From a virus (Duplodnaviria > Heunggongvirae > Uroviricota > Caudoviricetes), in IMG/VR virus record IMGVR_UViG_3300035520_000350, positions 96,466-160,465 of that record: a stretch of DNA of 64,000 nt; one strand, given 5' to 3'. Below the pieces are notes generated by a model. The model saw nothing but the letters and a program-made list of their open reading frames with translations. It did no database searches and was not told the origin of the DNA. Positions 10,345-19,354 of the stretch are shown here, one piece after another (the stretch's first letter is position 1; every line of letters starts with the position of its first letter). A program made the position numbers and the translations under genes.

Positions 10345-10929
10345 ATGACTGCTGAATTTGATGTAAGGTTCTTGATAGAGAATATTGGCAAAGCATGTAA
10401 ATCAATGTTCTTGGAACCATCGAATATATACGATATCATAGTTGATGATGATATTGATAAATTTAGAGTATTCCTTGTTAACCGCATCTTTACTGCTGTA
10501 GAATGGTTCTATCAGAATTTTGCTACTACTGTTTGCGCGTCTGAGATCGAATATATAAAGAGAGTTATACGTAAGTATTGCTTTAAGCAGACTTATGAGT
10601 ATATGATGTCATCAGGGGTAAAGGAAACTAAGTGGATAGCTCAGTTATTCATCAACCAAACTGGATGTACCCAAACTCAGGCGAACTTTCTTGCAGATGA
10701 ACTCTTTGAGCATAGAGAGTTTCTTAAAGCAGTGATCACACAAGTTCTCACTGGTAATATAAACTTAGAGGACTGTGATATTCAAGTAGATCGTATACTC
10801 GGCAAACGTAAAGCTTTTATTATTCAGTCAAATCGAAAAGATAGAGAGATTTGTCTGTGTAAGTACTGTGATTACATCATTAACTATGATCCAAACATTG
10901 GAATGGTAGTAAGATACCAGGTAGTATAA
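10345..10929 (+). CDS. Early-array protein, CTxxQA-domain family
   Basis: QTGCTQTQANFLADEL, INLEDC, KYCDYII. Confidence 0.7.
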   Translation: MTAEFDVRFLIENIGKACKSMFLEPSNIYDIIVDDDIDKFRVFLVNRIFTAVEWFYQNFATTVCASEIEYIKRVIRKYCFKQTYEYMMSSGVKETKWIAQLFINQTGCTQTQANFLADELFEHREFLKAVITQVLTGNINLEDCDIQVDRILGKRKAFIIQSNRKDREICLCKYCDYIINYDPNIGMVVRYQVV

Positions 10930-10943
10930 GGAGGTGATACAAA

Positions 10944-11543
10944 ATGCTATTAACTTCAACTTGCATCATTGAGTTGACAAGCAAATATATTGAGGAAAAG
11001 GGATATTTTAGTAGTGATATCTATCTCATACTGACTAATGAAGTAGAGCATCTTACTATAAAGGAGTTGACTATAGATATCATGAACTACATTTCTCAGG
11101 AGCTTCAGAAGTCTCATAAGAAGTGGTATAAGCTTAACTATACATCTTCTAAGATGTTTATCAAGAAAACTGTGAAAGAATACTTGATCAAATTGACTTA
11201 TCAAGACTTTAATCCTTATGAGATTAACAGTGCTAGAGAGTATGTAAACTTGTGTTTTAGAGTGTTTAGTAATTGTACTAAAGAGCAAGCTGAATATCTC
11301 ACTACTAATATAATGGAGCAAACTAGAGATATTATAGTATCTGTAGTAGATAATCTGATCTGTGGTAATATTTGTCTCTGGAATTGTAAAGAAATAACAG
11401 TAGTAGTTTTTGATGAACTTGATGAAGTTATGATAGTGGCAGAAAGAGATAGCGCAAAATACAAGTTGCAGATCAACAGATATTGTGATTATATTTTCTT
11501 TCATAATGATCATAGTACTATGATAACTAGGCAACATAAGTAA
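10944..11543 (+). CDS. Early-array protein, CTxxQA-domain family
   Basis: IYLIL, FSNCTKEQAEYL, ICLWNC, RYCDYIF. Confidence 0.7.
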   Translation: MLLTSTCIIELTSKYIEEKGYFSSDIYLILTNEVEHLTIKELTIDIMNYISQELQKSHKKWYKLNYTSSKMFIKKTVKEYLIKLTYQDFNPYEINSAREYVNLCFRVFSNCTKEQAEYLTTNIMEQTRDIIVSVVDNLICGNICLWNCKEITVVVFDELDEVMIVAERDSAKYKLQINRYCDYIFFHNDHSTMITRQHK

Positions 11544-11557
11544 GGGAGGTAATAAGA

Positions 11558-12334
11558 ATGGGATTAGAAGTAACGGATTACAACATTAGAAAGACAGCTT
11601 TGTATATTGTTAAAGACGCTCTGTTTGAGTATCCTATTGAAGCACTGTTTTATGCTATAGAACATGATTACAGTGTTATAATTGATGATACTGTAACAAG
11701 TCTGGTAAATAAATGTACTGATACCTTAAGGGAGAGTTTTCCGCAGTTCCAAGGCGTTATTTATACTATAACGTTTGATAAACTTATTAGAGAAGAGATC
11801 TATAGCAGATACTGTGATAGTGTTGAATACTCTGATGATAAAGGAGAGAAGGAGAAGTCTATTGTTTTCCAGCTTAAGATGACGGATCATGAATATAAAG
11901 CTATCGTTTCTAAAGATATGCTTTCTAATAATCATGCTGATGACGAGGCATTTGAAATTTTTGAAGATATTAAGTCAAAACTTAAGAGTGGTAAAACTAC
12001 ATTAATAGACTGTGAGTCATATCTTTCATCTGCATTTAGTGATTACGCTTACTGCGATGATGAAATTGCTAATTTCTTGGCATCTAAGATAGTTAAACTT
12101 TCTCCGAAATTGTTCTGCAATGTATATGAATCATTGTTAAAAGATAAAGTGTTTCTTGGATATAAGAATGTACAGTTTCTCTATAACAAAGATAGATATG
12201 ATATATGCCAGATTGTAGCTTACAAACTTTTTATAGATGGTGGTAAGGCTAAGCTTTATGATCAAGCGGAAATCTTTACTTTCACCAGCAATGACTTGTT
12301 CATCAATAAGTTTGACAACTTTTTGGCAGAGTGA
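11558..12334 (+). CDS. Early-array protein, CTxxQA-domain family (divergent)
   Basis: YAYCDDEIANFLASKI. Confidence 0.65.
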   Translation: MGLEVTDYNIRKTALYIVKDALFEYPIEALFYAIEHDYSVIIDDTVTSLVNKCTDTLRESFPQFQGVIYTITFDKLIREEIYSRYCDSVEYSDDKGEKEKSIVFQLKMTDHEYKAIVSKDMLSNNHADDEAFEIFEDIKSKLKSGKTTLIDCESYLSSAFSDYAYCDDEIANFLASKIVKLSPKLFCNVYESLLKDKVFLGYKNVQFLYNKDRYDICQIVAYKLFIDGGKAKLYDQAEIFTFTSNDLFINKFDNFLAE

Positions 12335-12374
12335 ATAGCTCTGCCTTTTTATTTTGCTTAAAGGAGGAGAAACA

Positions 12375-13088
12375 ATGCAGGAAACTGACAACGTTAAAGA
12401 AAACAGCTACACAAGAAGGATAAAGGCGTACAACCTAACTATACTAAACGAGCTTCTTGTTAAGGCTGGTTGTACGTCTACACAGGCTTTAGATTTGGCT
12501 TTAAGAATTGATGACTTTACTCATTATGACGACGAAGAGTTTGAATCCATCATAGATTTGTTAAAGTCAAAGGAATCTGATCTTATAGACTTGAAGTCAG
12601 ATCTGATACAGACTGAATGCCAAGACGGTATAATATCTATAGAGTGTTATACTGCTCTTTATGAAGTAGGAGGATACTGGAAGAGAGCATATGTAATTCA
12701 ATCAGGTACTCTCTTTGCTTCACGAGGATTCTATTGTAGTGTTCTGGATCACTATAAGAGTATCAATCTCAACGATTGGGAGTTAGTTGAGATAATAGTG
12801 AGAAGAACTAGATGTGATATATTAGTCGCTCAGTATATCGTAAGTAGAATCAGAACAAGCGGCTTAAGCGTAAGTGTCGTAAAGCAGTTCATAGACACTA
12901 TAGTAGATGAGAAGATAATGCTTAATGATTATAGTGATATTGCCGTTGATACATCTGATAACTGCTTAACCATTAAGTGTTATATGGATGATTACGATTA
13001 TTACAAAATCAATGAGTACGTAACAGCATATAAATTTAACGGTGAAGACAAAGTATGTACCGTTATCAAACCAAAAGGTGGTGAATGA
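12375..13088 (+). CDS. Early-array protein with two CTxxQA-like copies
   Basis: KAGCTSTQALDLA and RTRCDILVAQYIVSRI; start moved to the ATG after AAGGAGG. Confidence 0.7.
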   Translation: MQETDNVKENSYTRRIKAYNLTILNELLVKAGCTSTQALDLALRIDDFTHYDDEEFESIIDLLKSKESDLIDLKSDLIQTECQDGIISIECYTALYEVGGYWKRAYVIQSGTLFASRGFYCSVLDHYKSINLNDWELVEIIVRRTRCDILVAQYIVSRIRTSGLSVSVVKQFIDTIVDEKIMLNDYSDIAVDTSDNCLTIKCYMDDYDYYKINEYVTAYKFNGEDKVCTVIKPKGGE

Positions 13089-13089
13089 T

Positions 13090-13527
13090 ATGGATGAATC
13101 AAATTTAGAAAGTAAAGTAGCGGAGCCTACACTTCGTGAATCTGTGAAGATGGCATTAGATTATTTACCGAAGCTTCTCGAAGAAGAAAAAGTACGCGGA
13201 TCTCTTTTAGAGATTATGACACCTGATACAGAGAAGAAGATTAAAGAGCTTAAGATGCTATTCGAGTTAAAAGCTAAGTGCACTGAAGCTCAAGCTGATG
13301 AATTGGCTTATGATGTAGTGTTAAAATTTCCGGCTTACATCGATAGTGTATTTAAAGCATTGAAGGAAGATAGATTAGACTTATCCGATTGCTCATATAT
13401 CAGACTTAGTCAGGGTTTATGTACCTCAATATCGATATTGTGTGTTCATGATCATTCTTCTTATGATTACTACGCGATATCGATAAATCCTGATGACAAT
13501 GTGATACTAAATAGATGTAAGTTTTAA
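13090..13527 (+). CDS. Early-array protein, CTxxQA-domain family
   Basis: KAKCTEAQADELA, LDLSDC. Confidence 0.7.
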   Translation: MDESNLESKVAEPTLRESVKMALDYLPKLLEEEKVRGSLLEIMTPDTEKKIKELKMLFELKAKCTEAQADELAYDVVLKFPAYIDSVFKALKEDRLDLSDCSYIRLSQGLCTSISILCVHDHSSYDYYAISINPDDNVILNRCKF

Positions 13528-13551
13528 TAAAGAATATGGAGGAAGATAACA

Positions 13552-15744
13552 ATGAATGAACAGGACGAAATCAAAGTAACAGGAGAGAAACTTAAGGATG
13601 AGATGTATCATCATATGGATCAGATGGTGATGTATTTCATTTACAAGCATCTTCCGGAACTTGTTAAGGAGGGTAAAGTGTATGGCACTCTTGCTCAGTT
13701 TTCTACAAAGGAGGATGGTACTAAAGAGAAGATAGATTACAAGAGTGATGAGGAATATTTCGGCATCATGTATCCTTCCAATAAGGTAGATGCTAATTTT
13801 AGATCTACCAACTTTTCCGGTGAAATGTTAGGTATTGATGTACTTAAGAAGCGTCGAGAAGAGTTAGAAGTTTTAGTACGTGACAATGGAGATTGTGACA
13901 CTGAGATGGCTAAGTATATCGCTGATACAATTTTCGATAAACACTTCGGGTTTGTACATTTCATCATGGAAAAGCTTGAAGCTGAGGAGCTGGATTTCTC
14001 TGACTGGGTAGCGGTAACAATTCAGCAGGATGAATCGAATGAAGATACTATTCGTATCATCGGTATTGATACCGAGCATCATCTCAGAAGTTACGTTCTT
14101 ACGGTTACTATCAATACAGCCGGTACAGAAACAGAAGAAAAAGAGGAGGATTCTGCTTCTGAGGTTTGTGTGGAAGAAGATTCTGAAACCTTAAAGAAGC
14201 ATTTGAAGCAGGCTGCTATCAATAAGGCTTATGATGAAGAAGATGCTGAGTTTATTGCTTCTTGGTTCATGAGCTTTATTAATGCTCAGTGTAGCACGAC
14301 CTATCTTAAGGATGCAATGGATCTGTACGATCACAAGACCACTAGAATCAACGATATATCACTTGATGATGCGGCAATGATTGGTGATCTTGCCGGATGG
14401 TTTATGTTAGAGGCTAACTGCATAGACTTTCAGTCTTATTATTTAGCCATTAATTTTGTTATAAGATTTCCTGAATATGTTGATACTATCTGCAAGGCAT
14501 TAAACAAAGGTAGTATTGATTTGTCTAACTGTCGTCAGGTTAGCATTGAGTTAGCTAATGGACATCAAGGAATAATGCTGGATTATATCCGTAACAACGC
14601 AAGAAGTGGATATTATCTTATAAAGAAGGGCCAGGACGATATCTCCAGATCAGTTGATTTTGCTAAAGGTGCAGATCCTGTGGATAACAATGATACAACA
14701 ACTACTGATGATCATAGAACTGAAATGCATATCGGAGGATTCAGCAAAGAGTATGCAGAGTATATCAATGATAAAGCTAACAATAAAAAGCCTTTCAATG
14801 AATATAGCCTCCAGAAAGAGTTTGAAAAATACACCGGATGTACTAAAGAGGTAGCTGAACGTCTTGCAAAAATAGTGTTGTATAACTATACTGAGTTTGA
14901 GAGTAGTGTTCGGATTTATATGAAGGGTGGTAATATAGATTTATCAGGACCAGGTAAGATTGGATCTTATTATGATGAAGGCTCTGATTGCTTTATTATA
15001 AATTATAAGCATCCAAACGGAGCTAGAAGAACCTATTCATTCTCTAAATATCCAGGTGAATCAACAGTTATTGAATATGATCAGAGTAGTAGTCTTACTA
15101 CATTGTTTGAGCAGAAAGCCAAGTGTACTCCAGAACAAGCTAAATATTTAGCTAGTGAAATTGGAACGAAGTATCCCGAGTTCATGGAAAGTGTTGTAAA
15201 AGCATTAGTTGAAGGTAAGATTGATTTGACAGAAAGTGCTTATTTAAGTATTAAGCACCACGATAATCCAAACATCGTAATCATCAGTTATGGTAATTTC
15301 AATCTTATTCCTAGGAATGGGTATTACTATATAACAAAAGATCCTGATACTTGTCTATGGCAGGATTTAACTCCTGTGGAGTTAAAGTTAGCTAAAGATA
15401 CGAATGATACAGTTGTAGTATCAACAACTGATCAGGAGTCTAAAGTGGAAAATTATTCTGATATCGCAGATTTATTTGTATCCTACACAGGTTGTACTGT
15501 TGAGCAAGCTAGAGATATAACAACTCAACTTGTGAAGAATCCTAAGATATTAGAGAACGCAAAGAATCGTGTTATTAAAGGCTTCGTTCATCTCATGGAT
15601 TACAGTGGGATCAGAGTTGTTCAATATTCAAATGATGTTGTGATGCTTCAGTGTTTTAGAGAGTTCAATGGTGAAGAAAATTATGACATCACATTTGAGT
15701 TTACCAGCTCTGATTATCCGAATGACTTTCATAAGAAATTCTAA
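13552..15744 (+). CDS. Early-array protein with about five tandem CTxxQA-domain copies
   Basis: GDCDTEMAKYIA, ANCIDFQSYYLA, YTGCTKEVAERLA, KAKCTPEQAKYLA, YTGCTVEQARDIT. Confidence 0.75.
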   Translation: MNEQDEIKVTGEKLKDEMYHHMDQMVMYFIYKHLPELVKEGKVYGTLAQFSTKEDGTKEKIDYKSDEEYFGIMYPSNKVDANFRSTNFSGEMLGIDVLKKRREELEVLVRDNGDCDTEMAKYIADTIFDKHFGFVHFIMEKLEAEELDFSDWVAVTIQQDESNEDTIRIIGIDTEHHLRSYVLTVTINTAGTETEEKEEDSASEVCVEEDSETLKKHLKQAAINKAYDEEDAEFIASWFMSFINAQCSTTYLKDAMDLYDHKTTRINDISLDDAAMIGDLAGWFMLEANCIDFQSYYLAINFVIRFPEYVDTICKALNKGSIDLSNCRQVSIELANGHQGIMLDYIRNNARSGYYLIKKGQDDISRSVDFAKGADPVDNNDTTTTDDHRTEMHIGGFSKEYAEYINDKANNKKPFNEYSLQKEFEKYTGCTKEVAERLAKIVLYNYTEFESSVRIYMKGGNIDLSGPGKIGSYYDEGSDCFIINYKHPNGARRTYSFSKYPGESTVIEYDQSSSLTTLFEQKAKCTPEQAKYLASEIGTKYPEFMESVVKALVEGKIDLTESAYLSIKHHDNPNIVIISYGNFNLIPRNGYYYITKDPDTCLWQDLTPVELKLAKDTNDTVVVSTTDQESKVENYSDIADLFVSYTGCTVEQARDITTQLVKNPKILENAKNRVIKGFVHLMDYSGIRVVQYSNDVVMLQCFREFNGEENYDITFEFTSSDYPNDFHKKF

Positions 15745-15759
15745 GTAGAGGAGTATATT

Positions 15760-16068
15760 ATGGACGATATCAATATTCCAGCATTAATAATTGAGATGCT
15801 GTTAATAGTCGTACTTGGATTATTTGTTCAGTATGGCAGTTATATCTTTAGAGACGAATGTCTACACAATAAGCACACTAAAGATTTCATTACGAAGAGA
15901 CACAAACTTCCAAGAATACTGTTTTGCTGTATTTATATTCCTCTGGAATTAGTCATATCTTTTATGGCTATTCCAGAGGTAACTAATCCACCATATGCAA
16001 ATGTAGTATTATGGGCTTGTATCAACGTCTTTGTGATGCTACTGGTATGTATAGTAGTCACTTATTAA
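15760..16068 (+). CDS. Small 3-TM membrane protein, paralogue A
   Basis: Three hydrophobic segments; VVLWACINVF shared with the next gene. Confidence 0.65.
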   Translation: MDDINIPALIIEMLLIVVLGLFVQYGSYIFRDECLHNKHTKDFITKRHKLPRILFCCIYIPLELVISFMAIPEVTNPPYANVVLWACINVFVMLLVCIVVTY

Positions 16069-16093
16069 AAAGAGTAGAGGAAGGAAAAGAAGT

Positions 16094-16402
16094 ATGAGCA
16101 TTAATTCTGATATAGTTGTTATGATCGCAACAGTTGTTGAAGTGGTTCTTATGCTTGTATTGTATTGTGTTTCAACACGCACAAAAGATATCTTTGGAGA
16201 AGATCAGTATATGATAACTAGATCAGGTAATAGTATTAAGAAACTCAAGTTATCAAAGGTTGTTTTTAAGATTTCATATGCTATGATAGAACTTGCAGTG
16301 TCTTATCTCTCTTTGCCTGATAGTAAAGGTGACCATACAAATATTGCAGTGTGGGCTTGCATCAATTTAGTGGTATTAGCAATTACCATTATTGGCATTT
16401 AG
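16094..16402 (+). CDS. Small 3-TM membrane protein, paralogue B
   Basis: IAVWACINLV; also 102 aa. Confidence 0.65.
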   Translation: MSINSDIVVMIATVVEVVLMLVLYCVSTRTKDIFGEDQYMITRSGNSIKKLKLSKVVFKISYAMIELAVSYLSLPDSKGDHTNIAVWACINLVVLAITIIGI

Positions 16403-16421
16403 TGAAAGGAGGTGTGAAGAT

Positions 16422-17342
16422 GTGAGTAGTAATGATGCTATAAATGCATTACTTCGCTATACTCGATCCAATTGCTCTGAACAACCTGTAGATATACTAA
16501 CAATTGATGTGATGCTCCGTATTGGAGAAGAAGTTATTAAAGATCCTTCTAATAATGATAGTCTTGTTAGAGCAATAGAGGCTATTGAATATGATAATAC
16601 AGTTCAGTTCAATAAAGCGGTAGAGGAACTTGAAATAGCTTGCAGTGATAAAGCATTGGAATTAATTGAAGAAGCTGAGAAGTCTGTTCGTGTTAAAGGA
16701 AATCGTAGTTACAGTATTGTCTTTGAACACATTATCAGACTTTCATTACTTAAAGCATACGTAGATATATCTGACAATTATGATTTCATGAAATCTACTG
16801 CGGATTTTCTTAAGAAGTTGTTTGAGCATAAACCTAAGAGTAGAGAAGAGAGATATAGTGAAGAGCTTGATGAGAGAAACGAAGAGTATCTGAAAAAAGC
16901 AGTATCACTTGAACTGGCAAGACAGAATGATAATGTAATGTACAAGATGGTTAAAAAGTTTTCAAAGTATAATAGAGGATCTGATGTTGCTTCATTGAAA
17001 GACATTAGAGATCTGCTGTATGCTACAACCGGTTGTACTATGAATCAGGCTAAGTATATCGCCAGTTCTCTTGTAACAGAATACAGTAATTTAGTCGATA
17101 TTGTTATAAAGCATGTATCAGATGGAGATGTAGAGCTTTGTGATTACGATGTTATTGTAATGAATTCAAATGATACTAAACATACGTTGATCATGCAATG
17201 CTATTATAATAATGGAAGCTCCACTGAAGATTGTAGATATATCTTCACAACAGACAAGAGGCTAAAGTCAATTCAAGGTGAGTTTAAAAGAGTAGCTAAT
17301 GAAGAACGACATTGGAAACCAAAAAAGAAGGAGGAACAATGA
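16422..17342 (+). CDS. Early-array protein, CTxxQA-domain family
   Basis: TTGCTMNQAKYIASSL; GTG start after AAGGAGG. Confidence 0.7.
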   Translation: MSSNDAINALLRYTRSNCSEQPVDILTIDVMLRIGEEVIKDPSNNDSLVRAIEAIEYDNTVQFNKAVEELEIACSDKALELIEEAEKSVRVKGNRSYSIVFEHIIRLSLLKAYVDISDNYDFMKSTADFLKKLFEHKPKSREERYSEELDERNEEYLKKAVSLELARQNDNVMYKMVKKFSKYNRGSDVASLKDIRDLLYATTGCTMNQAKYIASSLVTEYSNLVDIVIKHVSDGDVELCDYDVIVMNSNDTKHTLIMQCYYNNGSSTEDCRYIFTTDKRLKSIQGEFKRVANEERHWKPKKKEEQ

Positions 17343-17348
17343 CAGTAT

Positions 17349-17702
17349 ATGAGTAAAGAGATTAATGAAGAAATCTATCAACAGATGTTGGGCTTGGCTA
17401 AAGAATGCATTCATGATTATAGCACGGTGGAAGCCTTTATTACTATTATAAATGATGATTCACGCAAACTTGATGATATGGTCAGTAAAATAGAAGAAGA
17501 TTGTGTGAAAAAAGCTGATAAACTGTATCCAGATACATTTAGAGGAGTAGATTCTGGCATTGTTTTCAATTATATCATCAGAACAATCTTGCTTAATTCG
17601 TTTGTTTATACTACAGAAAATACAAAATCTTATGTGCCAAATCCAGTTGTTGAAAGGATCAAAACTATAATGCCGATTCTTATAAACCAAAATAATATGT
17701 AG
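17349..17702 (+). CDS. Early-array protein, N-terminal helical module only
   Basis: Resembles the N-terminal helical part of neighbouring array genes; no CTxxQA motif. Confidence 0.6.
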   Translation: MSKEINEEIYQQMLGLAKECIHDYSTVEAFITIINDDSRKLDDMVSKIEEDCVKKADKLYPDTFRGVDSGIVFNYIIRTILLNSFVYTTENTKSYVPNPVVERIKTIMPILINQNNM

Positions 17703-17754
17703 AAAAAGACAGAGAGTTGAGCCTAGCTCAACTCTTTTGTTTTTAGAAAGGTAG

Positions 17755-18486
17755 GTGAAAATAATGGTAAAATATGATATTTATTCTCCAGTTTATGAAG
17801 CTATCAAGACTACTATATGGGATAATTATTCCTGGAGTAATATAGACAAACTCATTATATCTGATGATGTTAGAGGTCTTGATAATCTCATAACAGATAT
17901 AGCTATAAAGGTGAAAGAGAAACTTAGCACTCACTACTTAGCTGATGATATAGTTGAAATGACTAGTATGATTTCGTTATGTAACTCAGTACGTAGTTAT
18001 ATCTTCTCTAGATTCATAGAAAATAATGTCAATAGTATTAATAAAGAAATAATAGATGCTTCTAGGAAGTTAGGAGCGCTTTCTGAGGAGGAAAGTGTAA
18101 GTAATGTCTATGATAAAGCATTTGACGTTAATAAATTTTATAGTGTATACGAGAAACTCTTAGAGTCAGAGAAGAAGTTTGAAAACGTTAGAGAAGATGA
18201 GTTATGCGATCTGTTCAAGAAGAAGACTAAGTGCTCTCAAGATCAAGCATCCTATTTAGCGAGAGAATTGATTAAATATCCGGCTATCTATAATACTTTG
18301 ATTGATGCTTTATATAAAGGCAAATTGAAGGATATAGGATTACTACAAGCATTGTATGTGGTAGTACCATTTGCACATGACTCTGAAACACATGATATCG
18401 TTTGCATTGATGTAGTTGTTTATAGTAAAGGATATCATAGAGAAGTATATATGTTTGGCAAGACTACTATGCTTCATTTCAAATAA
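17755..18486 (+). CDS. Early-array protein, CTxxQA-domain family
   Basis: KTKCSQDQASYLARELIKYP. Confidence 0.7.
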   Translation: MKIMVKYDIYSPVYEAIKTTIWDNYSWSNIDKLIISDDVRGLDNLITDIAIKVKEKLSTHYLADDIVEMTSMISLCNSVRSYIFSRFIENNVNSINKEIIDASRKLGALSEEESVSNVYDKAFDVNKFYSVYEKLLESEKKFENVREDELCDLFKKKTKCSQDQASYLARELIKYPAIYNTLIDALYKGKLKDIGLLQALYVVVPFAHDSETHDIVCIDVVVYSKGYHREVYMFGKTTMLHFK

Positions 18487-18503
18487 CGCAGGAGGTATAA
18501 ACA

Positions 18504-19313
18504 ATGGCAACAGAACAGGAATTAAAAGGTTATGTCAGATCAATTGTTGCAGAAGTACTATGCCAGTATCACAAACAAGTGATAGATGAAGTGATATATT
18601 CTGATGCAATTGATCAATTAAGTTACTTGATCGGTAATATGGTAAGTATCTGTGTAAACACTGCTAAGGAAAGATATCCAGAACTGGCTGAAGAGAAAAT
18701 GCTGAGACTTATCTTTGATCAGTCTATACGGAACAAGATATACCAGTCATATTATCAGCCCGGTGACGAAGAAGATGGGTTATCTGATATAGCCAGAGCT
18801 ATCAGTTTAATCTATTCTGACGAAGGATCAATGCGTTCTAATCCGGAGAAGACATCAGATGAAGCTACAGAAGAGACAAATACTGCATCAGCAGATGAAT
18901 GCAATGAAATAAGCGTAGATTATCTCGAAAGAGCCAATGCAGTTATGCTTCATAATGAGAGGATTTATAACAACGTTGATAAGCGATCGTTATATACATT
19001 GCTTAAGAAACATACTTCATGTACTGATAGTGTAGCTGATTATCTTTCCTCTGAGTTGATGAAGTATCCGGACGTTCATACTAACTTCATCAAGTGCTTA
19101 TTATCGGATGATATGATAGACATATTTTATAGTGATCATAATGTATTCGTATACGCTATCAACAGCTTAGAGTGTAGAGATAGCTATGTATTCAATATAG
19201 TGGTCACTAAAGAATGGGGTGGTAAGAGACACAAGTATGTGTATTCTTTAAGCAAAACGCAATTCTATTGCTTCTCTAATGATAGTGATAGAAGCTATAA
19301 AGATTTCATGTAG
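18504..19313 (+). CDS. Early-array protein, CTxxQA-domain family
   Basis: HTSCTDSVADYLSSELMKYP. Confidence 0.7.
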   Translation: MATEQELKGYVRSIVAEVLCQYHKQVIDEVIYSDAIDQLSYLIGNMVSICVNTAKERYPELAEEKMLRLIFDQSIRNKIYQSYYQPGDEEDGLSDIARAISLIYSDEGSMRSNPEKTSDEATEETNTASADECNEISVDYLERANAVMLHNERIYNNVDKRSLYTLLKKHTSCTDSVADYLSSELMKYPDVHTNFIKCLLSDDMIDIFYSDHNVFVYAINSLECRDSYVFNIVVTKEWGGKRHKYVYSLSKTQFYCFSNDSDRSYKDFM

Positions 19314-19319
19314 AATTAA

Positions 19320-19344
19320 GGGTAGGAGAGTATATCTCCTACCC
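19320..19344. terminator. Bidirectional terminator ending the early array
   Basis: GGGTAGGAGA/TCTCCTACCC stem followed by a T-run. Confidence 0.7.
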
Positions 19345-19354
19345 TGTTTTATTT

